Assembly: GCA_040285825.1 (NCBI GenBank)
Contig: JAUPSS010000006.1
Coordinates: 1,426,001 to 1,490,000, forward strand
Length of the DNA stretch: 64,000 nucleotides
Origin: Eukaryota sp. TZLM1-RC
Lineage: Eukaryota; Protista; Metamonada: BaSk clade
Direction of reading: 5' to 3'
The notes beneath the pieces were generated by a model that was not told the DNA's origin, searched no databases, and saw only the letters and a list, made by a program, of their open reading frames with translations. Position 1 is the stretch's first letter; each line of letters opens with the position of its first letter. Position numbers and translations under genes: made by a program. Below, piece after piece: positions 53,895 to 64,000 of the stretch.

Positions 53895-54546
53895 ATCTTC
53901 AATTTAGATTTTTAAGAATGCTTTCAATTCTGTATCTCGTTCTTCCATTTTTACCTTTGCTGCAAAAAGCATTTTTCCTGAAGTTGAGCCTTTTTTTCTA
54001 TTCATTTTTATGGAAAATCATCCACATTGGTCTATGAAAACTTTGACCTGTTTTTCGTCTTCAGGTGTTAAACAAGGTGATCCACTTGGTCCTTTTTTTC
54101 TTTTGTCTGGCAATTCATCCATTAATGTGCGAATTGAAAGAAAAAAATTCCCAGAAATAGATATTGTAGCATATATGGATGACATTTCTGTAATTTTAAC
54201 GCCGCAAAAAAAGAAGATAAAAAAATATGAAGAACCTTTGGCACAGTTAGGTAGAGTGGAACATGTGAAATATCAGTTTGTGCCGTTTGCAATTTCTCTT
54301 TTTGGCAATATTGGACCTTTCAGGGTTGCACTTTTTTTGAAAATTTCAAAAAAAGTGTTACTGAATAGGTCTGGTAAAAACAATGAACTCCACTTTCTGG
54401 ATAAATAGAATTGTTTTTCTGCATTTTTCAAGTCTATTCCAACATTGATTTCAAAGGCGCTTTTAGCTATTGGTGTAGAATATGAACGTAATGCTGTGAG
54501 TAGGTTCAGTAATAGTGACGCTTGTTTGGAGGATATTGAATTCTAG
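53895..54546 (+). mobile_element. CRE RT/RLE deleted fragment, L spacer 4
   Basis: GVKQGDPLGP and AYMDD are visible in ORF 54010..54408. Confidence 0.85.
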
Positions 54547-55379
54547 ATGGTTTTTTTATCTCAATAATTATTCCAGTTTTTAAAAAAATAAATTAAAAGT
54601 ATTATAAAAATGTTTTTTTATAGAACTATTTACAATAATTAATCACAAATTGATATCAATACATTCCCTCTACCACGATACTGAAAGTTTTGTTTTTTTG
54701 AACTGGGTCCATCCAAACAGTGATCAGTTGGTGATACAATTTTTGTTATGGTTTTTTTGTGCTGTTGCCAGCATAAATTTTGCTTATTAAAAAAAGACGG
54801 CTTTAACCTCAAGGAAATTGTGTAAAATTTTTTTATTAATTGAGAAACAGAATTATGTATATGGGTTGATGAAAAAAATTCTTCCAGTATTTCCTCAAAT
54901 GAGATATTTTGTTCAATAAGTACTGTGCAAATACTGTAATAAATATGAATATAATATACTATATATAATAATTATATTGTGCAACCTTGCCAATCCAAAT
55001 GTCTTTAATATAAAGTCTTGGATCATTTGTTTTAAGCTTATTTATTGAACTCAATCAATCAACCTGTGTCGTCTAGTATGGGAAATATATGGTTTTTGAA
55101 TGCTCAATACAAAACGACTGATCAGAAAAATCGAATGTACGACCACTTTCTTTGAGAAGATTTCCTAAATCATTTGAAAAAAATTGAGATCTAAAAAAAT
55201 GGCCGTGTTCTTCCTGATGCCCAAGAAGCAAAAAAATCTTGTTCAGTTCTTCAACTGCTTATTCTTCCTCCTGTAAGGTTTTAACTGCACTATTTTTCGG
55301 TCTTTCGTTTCCTTTTTTTCAATGGTCACATCATTCTGAAGCAGATGAATCGAATTTCATTGAGTACTGTTATCTCTTT

Positions 55380-56702
55380 GACCATTTTTTTGGAAATCAT
55401 TCAATAAAAGTTTCTGCTTCATCTGATAATCTTCCATTTATCGAAAAATAGGAAAGCAATAAAAACCAGCTGTGTATTTCTATCAACATTAGCCTCCTCA
55501 GTATCTGTATCATATTTTTCTATGTCTTTCTTTTGCTTTTAAAAATCAAGAACACTTACAGGACCAAGTTTTTCCTCTGTGAACAACAGTATCATTTGCA
55601 TCATTACATGAGACAAAGTCAAAAGTAGCTTCAGAATTATCAATCCAATCACAGTATACAGCAACTTTATCACCACAACCAAAAATAATTCTGAGAACGT
55701 GTTTGCTTTTAGCAGAGGCTCTTTGTTACACGATATGCTTACAGTTTGTGCTATATTGAAAAGAGTGTCTCTAGCAGGATCATGTAATGAAGAACGATAA
55801 GTTATCAATTTAGAACAATTCAGAGCATGGCGCAAAGTGAGTTGAGGTGAATTCGAACAAATACATTTTTTTCTTTTGATAATAGTTGATTAATGGGGAT
55901 ATTCAAATATAATCTCATTTTTTTATTACAAATGCATCATTAGTAACACACAGTCCAAATCTTCGTGGTACAATTTTTACAAAAAGTGAAGAATCTGATG
56001 ACTGGCATTCACAAACACCCTTTTTCCAATAACAATGAGTGAAGATTGTGATTTAAAACAGCCGAGCTGCATATATATATTATAAAGATCAGTTTCATAC
56101 ATTCCAGTCAATCGTTTCTAAAATGTTCGAATAGTGTATTTTAAATTTAATAGATTCTTTTTCTGGAATATTGCAATACAATGATGGAAAGCATCGACTC
56201 CATTTTTTTCTACATCAATTTTTGAAATTTCTTTTATTTAATACGAAAAACAGTAGAACTTTTGCGTTATAAAAAAATTTTTCCCGATCTGCAAATATTT
56301 CGGAAAAACTCAAAGATTGCGTTTTTTTGCATCCCCCCAATAAAAAAACACGAAGTCAGAATAGAAGCCCTCATCCAACTTAAAACCGCCATAATGTGGA
56401 CTAAGGTAAGCATGGTCTGGAATTTAGAACATTTTACATCCCAAAAAAATTGTGACAAAACATTTGCACCTAACTCATCAAACTTCTGAGCCAAAGGCCT
56501 AGTGGAAAGAGGATTTTTTTAGATCGAAATATATGATTGAAGTTGGAATTAAAACACAGTCTTATAATGGTAAATTTGATATGTCTCTGTACATCTATAG
56601 TCATCATTCGGTCAATTGTATCGGAAATTGAGTTCAACTTTTTAAACATTGTTTTTGGTAATGTCATCATTATTTCCTAAAAACGAACCCAAATGACGAA
56701 TA
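55380..56702 (-). mobile_element. Inverted CRE fragment, L spacer 4
   Basis: Copy of 18150..19445; boundaries approximate. Confidence 0.8.
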
Positions 56703-57936
56703 GCATCAATTGAATATAATTCGGCTTTGAGGTATAATTATAATACAGTTTGAACAACATCATGATTTTTGAAGCAAATTTGTAGTCCAAATGTTGATAT
56801 TCCTTTGTGCTATTTTTACAAAAAAATCATAAGGTATTTCAATCTGTTCATGTTACTGCAGTGTTTTTCAAAAATTGTTTTTGCAAATGGTTAATTTATC
56901 AACTTCCATTCAGGTATTAAATAGAATTAGTTTTTTTGTCAATTTAAACTTAAGTTTAAATTTAAGTGTTGTAGTTTAATAATGTAATTCAATTATGTCT
57001 GGAGGTTGAAACAATTTTTTTCTTATTGCTACATATAATTGTTGGGAAACTCTTTTTGCGGAAATAATAAGCTGAGATGAGATGATGATGCAAGGGATTT
57101 GTATTTGATGTAGGGTTGGACGATGCGTATCCGTAACTGTTACGTTACGTTAAATAACAGTAACTGGAACGTATTCTGAGCTCCAACCGCAACAACCACA
57201 TTGCTACAATTCTGGGCACAGAATCTAACCTCGAAAAACAGTATAAAACTGAATGTACGACCACTTTCTGTGAGAAGATTTCCTAAATCATCTAATCAAT
57301 TGAGATCTTCAGTTCCAAGGGTACCAAAAAAATTGAAAATGCAATTGGAACAAATTTTATGTTTCTGTCCCTTTTTTTCCTTTTTTTGTCGCTTTTTTTG
57401 AAAGTCATTCAAAAATTGCACTGGTTTAATTTCTCAGCAACCAAGGCTATTCGGTCTTCACCTAACAAATGAATCTTGAAAACAAAAACATGCGTTTGAG
57501 ATTAGGGCTGTATCCAAGTGAACTTTTGAATAATTTGCTTTGTATTTGTAACAAAAAAACCGTCTGTCAATTTCCGTCGTATTGTGAGTTGTAAGAAATT
57601 TCTTCAATATCGGCCAGTTCTTCATAATGCTGTTCGTGATCCTAAGAATTATTCACAGTTTGGGTTTGTACATTAAGAGTAGAACCTTTGCAGCCACCAA
57701 GTAAAATAAGCTTCGGATGAATTAACTTCTCAACTGTTGAGAAACTTTTTGTGGAATTCACCAAGGTAAAAAGACTCTAGAAAGTGCAATGATTTCAGAA
57801 TTGTTGCTCGTATGATATCAAAAAGGAGCTCATGTTTGAGACTTTTTCCGGAATTCAGTGTCTAACGTAAAGAAAGAAGAATGAATACGTATAACAAAGG
57901 ACATGGAGTTGTGTGATGAGATGATGATGCTTGGAA

Positions 57937-59886
57937 ATGCAGCTTTTTTTGTACTTACTTCTGAGATGCATCGATCAAATATACTTCACACCCCTGCGCT
58001 CGTGGTTTTCTTCAGTACCTGTGGAGCAAGACCACCTAGATCTCAAAAAGATCCAACCCCTTTCAATCGTATCCAAGCACTACATTTGAATCTACCCACA
58101 AGTCTTTTCCTTCACACAATCTGTGGTCTTCATAATACTTTGAATCCTTTTTGTCACAGAGAACAACATGAAAGCTGTTTACATTATCTTGCTCAGTGAA
58201 GAATCTGTTGAGATAGAGCCTTTCAAAACCAAGTTAGCTGACCTCCCTAGTCTCCCCTGATATGAAGCCTTACCCTTATAAAATTAATCTCATTAGTGCC
58301 ATGTCCTACTATTTGAATTTCGTACCAGATTTTCGTGTTCATTATCTCTTTGATATAGCCTCGAAAAAGATCTATTTGGATGATAGAGTTCTTCGTTAGT
58401 GACAAGTGCTTAATGATCAAGAATACAATTCCTATGCTCTACAAAAACCTTATACAAACTTACTTCAGTCGCATTGAAAATAGGTCTGTTCTTTTTCGAG
58501 ACCTTGATGAAAGTCAAAAAGCCCAGTTTCTGACAAATTTTTCCTTCAGTTTTGCCCAAATCAGTTTCGGAGACCCGTGGGTGTGCTGTTTTGTTCAATT
58601 CGGAGGAATTCACATCAATATTGCAACAATATTCTCATTTTGTTTACAATTTGTTTGCATATCCATTTGTAACGTATTTTTGATACGGCATCTGAGTCGT
58701 TATTTAGTACTTATGAAGCACAACTTGTTGAGTTATCAAATATTAAAGCTGCACTACATGTTTCAGCCAGGGAAGATATCAATTGTGCTCCTAGTCAAGT
58801 TTCTCCTATTAATGGTAAACCTTGTTATGTTTATAAGATGGATGCAAACTTTTAATATGCGCAATTTAATCAAAAATTTCATTTTGTCAATTATCAAACC
58901 TAATTTTCAATTTGTTAAATACTTACGATCCCATTGTCGATTACCGCTTCCCTTTTTAAACATGCGGCTCTCAATGGGCCTAATCAACATCTCTCCGTCA
59001 TTAATTTTTCAACCTTTCGCCAGCGACGAAGATGCACTTCAAGCTCTAGAAAAATTTTTTTCAAGGAGGTAGGGTACATCCAAGCCGTTTTTTTCTTATG
59101 AATGTGATCATTCAGTTCCAGTACATTCTGGAATGAAAAACATTTGCCAAGAATTTAGCGACTTATCACCAAAAGGAAAAATATGTTACTTGCGTCCAAC
59201 GGAAATCACCGTGTATTGGACTAACAACTGCTATTTATTTTTGCATTATCGAAATTAAAACAATGTGGTTTGTTATCAATTGGAGAAATTTGTGTCTGAT
59301 ACCCCGGACAAAGTATATGAAAGTCTTATCTATATTAACAGTGTAGTTTTTATTTTGTAAGGATTTGCTGTTGAACAATGTACACAAACTCATGAATACA
59401 CTTAGCCAGAGACACTTTCAGTTTTTTTCATTTGGTGTACATTGGAAACAAGTTACCGGCCTTGAAAGAAAGGATGTTTCGATACAAAAAAATACACGTA
59501 TGAAATGAATCTTTATAGAGACAATTTTATTTCTACTTTGAACAAACGTTGTGATCAATTAAAACAAAAAAACTAGGACGACATGTTGAAAAAAAGATTT
59601 CTTATATATAGGAATTGCATTATTTAAGAAGAATTTTTTTCCTTAGCTGAGACTACAGTTAAGAGTTTGCTCGATTCAATGTGGAAGAAACTGAACGATC
59701 GAGATAAAGGACTATTTCTATTTTATTGTCTTGTTTTCGGTGACTGGGAAATCAGAACAATTTCCCCTTGATTTATTCACTTCTGAAAGATTTCATTCTA
59801 ATTTTTGAAAAGTTGCCTTGTTTTTAACAGAATTATTCTCCCTGCTGTTGGAGCTGGTACAGGTCTATTTTTGTATAAATAGAACT
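57937..59886 (+). pseudogene. Gene X copy 11, recombinant of a type A 5' end and a copy 9-like truncated body
   Basis: A-type SNPs up to 58730, copy 6/9-type SNPs from 58844, truncation junction at 59886. Confidence 0.88.
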
Positions 59887-60021
59887 AAAAAAACGTCTGA
59901 GTGAATATTTGAGTTTTTATCAATTCTATGATTAGTTTTTAATGATTAACATACCTAATACTTCAGTACTGACAATTTGTTACAAAGGGTCAATGGACTG
60001 AGAAGAATTATTTTTCCGATT

Positions 60022-63000
60022 GTGAAGGCTGTTTACATTATCTTGCACAGTGAAGAAACTGTTGAGATAGAGCCTTTGAAAACCAAGTTAGCTGACCTCC
60101 CTAGTCTCCCTTGATGTGAAGCCTTACCCTTATAAAAATTAATCTCATTAGTGCCATGTCCTACTATTTAAATTTCGTACCAGATTTTCGTGTTCATTAT
60201 CTCTTTGATATAGCCTCGAAAAAGATCTATTTGGATGATAGAGTTCTTCGTTAGTGACAAGCGCTTAATGATCAAGAATACAATTCCTATGCTCTACAAA
60301 AACCTTATACAAACTTACTTCAGTCGCATTGAAAAATAGGCCCGTTCATTTTCGAGACCTTGATAAAAGTCAAAAAGCCCATTTTTCTGAAAAAAATTTT
60401 TCCTTCAGTTTTGCCCAAATCAGTCTCGGAGACCCGTGGGTGTGCTGTTTTTGTTCAATTCGGAGGAATTCACATCAATATTGCAACAGTATTCTCATTT
60501 TGTTTACAATTTGTTTGCATATCCGTTTGTAACGTATTTTTGATACGGCATCTGAGTCGTTATTTAGTACTTATGAAGCACAACTTGTTCAGTTATCAAA
60601 TATTAAAGCTGCACTACATGTTTCAGCCAGGGAAGATATCAATTGTGCTCCTAGTCAAGTTTCTCCTATTAATGGTAAACCTTGTTATGTTTATAAGATG
60701 GATGCAAACTTTAATATGCGTAATTTAATCAAAAATTTCATTTTTGTCAATTATCAAACCTAATTTTCAAATTTGTTAAATACTTACGATCCCATTGTCG
60801 ATTACCGCTTCCCTTTTAAACATGCGGCTCTCAATGGGCCTAATCAACATCTCTCTGTCATTAATTTTTCAACCTTTCGTCAGCGACGAAGATGCACTTC
60901 AAGCTCTAGAAATTTTTTTCAAGGAGGTAGGGTACATCCAAGCCGTTTTTTTCTTATGAATGTGATCATTCAGTTCCAGTACATTCTGGAATGAAAAACA
61001 TTTGCCAAGAATTTAGCGACTTATCACCAAAAGGAAAAATATGTTACTTGCGTCCAACGGAAATCACCGTGTATTGGACTAACAACTGCTATTTATTTTG
61101 CATTATCGAAATTAAAACAATGTGGTTTGTTATCAATTGGAGAAATTTGTGTCTGATACCCCGGACAAAGTATATGAAAGTCTTATCTATATTAACAGTG
61201 TAGTTCTATTTTTGTAAGGATTTGCCGTTGAACAATGTACACAAACTCATGAATACACTTAGCCAGAGACACTTTGAGTTTTTTCATTTGGTGTACATTG
61301 GAAACAAGTTACTGGCCTTGAAAGAAAGGATGTTTCGATACAAAAAAATACACGTATGAAAATGAATCTTTATAGAGACAATTTTATTTCTACTTTGAAC
61401 AAACGTTGTGATCAATTAAACAAAAAAAACTAGGACGACATGTTGAAAAAGATTTCTTATATATAGGAATTGCATTATTTAAGAAGAATTTTTTTCCTTA
61501 GCTGAGACTACAGTTAAGAGTTTGCTCGATTCAATGTGGAAGAAACTGAACGATCGAGATAAAGGACTATTTCTATTTTATTGTCTTGTTTTCGGTGACT
61601 GGGAAATCAGAACAATTTCCCTTGATTTATTCACTTCTGAAAGATTTCATTCTAATTTTTGAAAAGTTGCCTTGTTTTTAACAGAATTATTCTCCCTGCT
61701 GTTGAGCTGGTACAGGTCTATTTTTGTATAAATAGAACTGTTGCTGAAATAATTTGTTCTTCTTCAACCAACTCTGGCGAATCAACTATTATGAATGCTT
61801 TTCGTCTTCTTTGGGATTCTGGAAGCGAAGCATGGTTTCATTCTGTTTTTTTATAAAGGTTATTCGAAAGTTATTTCTTAATCGAAGAGGTAAAATTAAA
61901 ATTCAACCAAAAGATGCTTTTGATCTCTATTTTTTTTAATCCGATGTACTAGCGAAAATCTTCCTTCAGAATTATTATATAGTCAGCTTCAATGTTCGTT
62001 TTTTTGAAAATTTGTGCAAAAAGAGGGATTCGAAGTTGAAAAACTTATAGATGAAGCCATTTGTATTTTTTTAACAACAGTGGCAAAATTGTTGAAAAAA
62101 ATTTGGAGATTACGATGTGCCTGAAGGTTTTGTTAAAGAACGTCAAATTTCTCAGTTCTTCACTATTCTAGGGATACATTCCGTTATTTTTGCTCAAAAA
62201 TTTGCATTCCAGGAGAGCACACTGTTTGGATCTCTCGTTGATTTCCTATCAACAGGCATTGGCTGAGGATTCCGGGTCTACTTTTTGCAGCGCATGGATT
62301 TTTTTATTGACATATTGTTGTTGTTATTTTTTTCGGGTAGAAATGATTTGGCTAACTGTTTTTTTCCACCAGCGAGTATCTCACACATGAGTTATTTATT
62401 TCTTTTAGTTGAAAAAAATCCCCAGATTCCGTCCTTCAATTTGATTCATGGTTTACGAGTATGGGAGAATTTTTTTGCTGTCTCACAGTTTTTGAAGCAT
62501 TGTCTGATGATGAGCAACTAGCAGTTGGTAGAATATGGTCTTTTTTTCTTCATAAGTAAGATGTTATCTTTTGACGATCGAAATTTGGTTTGGGATAATG
62601 ATACTGTTGCTGAGTATATCAAAAATTCCTCAATCGCGACTATTGTTGCAACATGATGAAGATGATGATAATTCAGATTGTTTTTACATTGGCAACTGTT
62701 GTGGAGAAAGACCACCGAAATCTATCTTTAGAGGCAGCTACTCTGTTTCTTTTACGGTGAAACTGATTGTGAATCTGTATTTAATAATTTGGAAGATGTT
62801 TTCACTAGTAGTAGTAGTAAAAACTGTACACTAACTACAATGCTCCAATTATATTTTAAGCCTGAGTTATTCCGATCCAAGAATTTCAACATTGTTCTTA
62901 TTGATGACCAATTTATAAATCAACAATCCTGTTATCTTGAACTAAGAGATTCCAAATATAGGCTGTGTAAGGCACAGCAGGATTCTTACATGTTCATGCC

Positions 63001-63157
63001 AGCTGCGTTGACCAAAGACAGTGTAGGCAGCATGAATGTGAGAACTCTATCAAATGACCAATTGCCCTGTCACAGTATTTTGTGATTCAAATGCTATTAT
63101 TATTTTTCTCCAAAAAAATAAACCCTACCTTAAAAATTTCACCAAAAACCCCTGTGA
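60022..63157 (+). CDS. Gene X copy 12 (type B), full length; homopolymer frameshifts
   Basis: Colinear with copy 4 to TGA at 63155-63157. Confidence 0.55.
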
Positions 63158-64000
63158 TTGTTTATTAAGGTAGATGAGTCTATTTAAAAAGCTTAGTTTT
63201 TTTGTTTATATTTGAAAAACCCTGCTCTTTTCATCAACTTCCACAATGTTTCAGAACATATGCATGAACCATTGCGAATGAGTTTTCATCGGTTACCTTA
63301 TCTTATATTTGTTGTTATATGTTATAGACTATTTTTATTTTTTTGCATAAATATTTTTTTGAACATTCCTATTGATCAATTATCACTAAAAAGTGTATTC
63401 AAATTCACCACAGCTCACTTTGCATCATGCTCTGAATTGTTCTAAATTGATAACTTATCGTTCTTCATAACATGATGCTGTTAGAGGCACTGTGTTCAAT
63501 ATGGCATGAACTGCCTGAATCTGGTGTATTAAAGAGCCTCTGGTGAAAGATGAACTGTCATTGAATATTTTTAGTTGATGACAGGGGTGATATATAATGC
63601 GATAGGGTTGCGGACTCTAAAGCTGCTGTTGACGTTGTCTTCTGTAATGTGCCAAATGAGAATTAGTTTTTTGTCAATTTGAATTTTATTAAGTGTTGTA
63701 GTTCAATAAAACAATTCAATTATGTAAGGAGGTTGAAACAATTTTTTTCTTATTGTTACAAATATTTGTTGCGAAACTCTTTTGAGGAAATTCAGCAATT
63801 GACACATGGTTATAAAACACGAGATCACAATCCAAGGAATAAATTGGATTTGTTGAGTTGGCATTCATCTTAATGAATGTTTAGTGGAATTACTTCTATT
63901 AATTAATACTAAGTAATATTTTTTTGTAGTTTCCATTTTTACAGGATTATAAAGATTGACTGGAGTTTGCTCAGTTGGGTTTTTTTCTGTAGTTATAAAA

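Larger units (their letters stand above)
30074..58167 (+). repeat. Two copies of a ~14 kb higher-order repeat (A-truncated, partial S, B-half, B-full, L spacer)
   Basis: Type A ATGs at 30074, 44034 and 58168 (spacing 13960 and 14134), with the same deletion junctions in the same order. Confidence 0.9.
1..64000 (+). repeat. Tandem gene array: 12 copies of gene X with S or L spacers; continues beyond both window edges
   Basis: The KAVYIIL start recurs at 625, 6999, 12531, 20885, 30074, 33720, 35545, 44034, 47766, 49624, 58168 and 60022. S-unit period is 5532 bp; L-unit period is 8355 bp once the TRIM insertion is subtracted. Confidence 0.98.

Noticed and set aside
35545-63157. Programmed frameshifting or phase variation at homopolymers
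   Set aside because: Extra bases affect spacers equally, are almost always gains and are regionally clustered, so sequencing error is the simpler explanation.
1-64000. Alternative genetic code (TGA=Trp or TAG=Gln), suggested by in-frame stops in relic frames
   Set aside because: The 1101-codon intact ORF contains multiple Trp and many Gln with no internal TGA/TAG/TAA, which is unlikely in AT-rich DNA if these were sense codons. Stops occur in degraded sequence and fit single transitions.
1-64000. CRISPR array, rRNA genes or telomeric repeats
   Set aside because: No short regularly spaced repeats, rRNA-like sequence or telomere tracts seen; repeats are kilobase-scale.

Overview
AT-rich sequence from a microbial eukaryote (non-LTR and LTR retroelement relics, intron-like signals, no operon-like structure); the organism cannot be named from the sequence. 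The whole window is one head-to-tail tandem array of 12 near-identical copies of a ~3.1-3.3 kb + strand gene ('gene X'). Copy 4 (20654..23959) is the only uninterrupted ORF (1101 aa; 1024 aa from the ATG at 20885). By eye, gene X carries a colinear series of motifs resembling the SIR2-like / STAND NTPase / TPR core of SAMD9-family innate-immune proteins, without the SAM and AlbA_2 domains. This is recognition from memory, not a search result. Copies have one of two unrelated 5' heads (A: ATG, B: GTG plus apparently decayed upstream exons). They are separated by a short (S, ~2.45 kb) or long (L, ~5.05 kb) spacer built largely from fragments of CRE-clade RLE-type non-LTR retrotransposons. From ~30 kb the array forms a ~14 kb higher-order repeat with shared deletion junctions and recombinant copies. 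Two independent recent insertions of a ~830 bp non-autonomous LTR element (TRIM-like; 139-140 bp LTRs, 4 bp TSD, PPT, gag-like remnant) are present. Most frameshifts are homopolymer-length changes concentrated at 1-3.4 kb and beyond ~35 kb and look like long-read assembly error.
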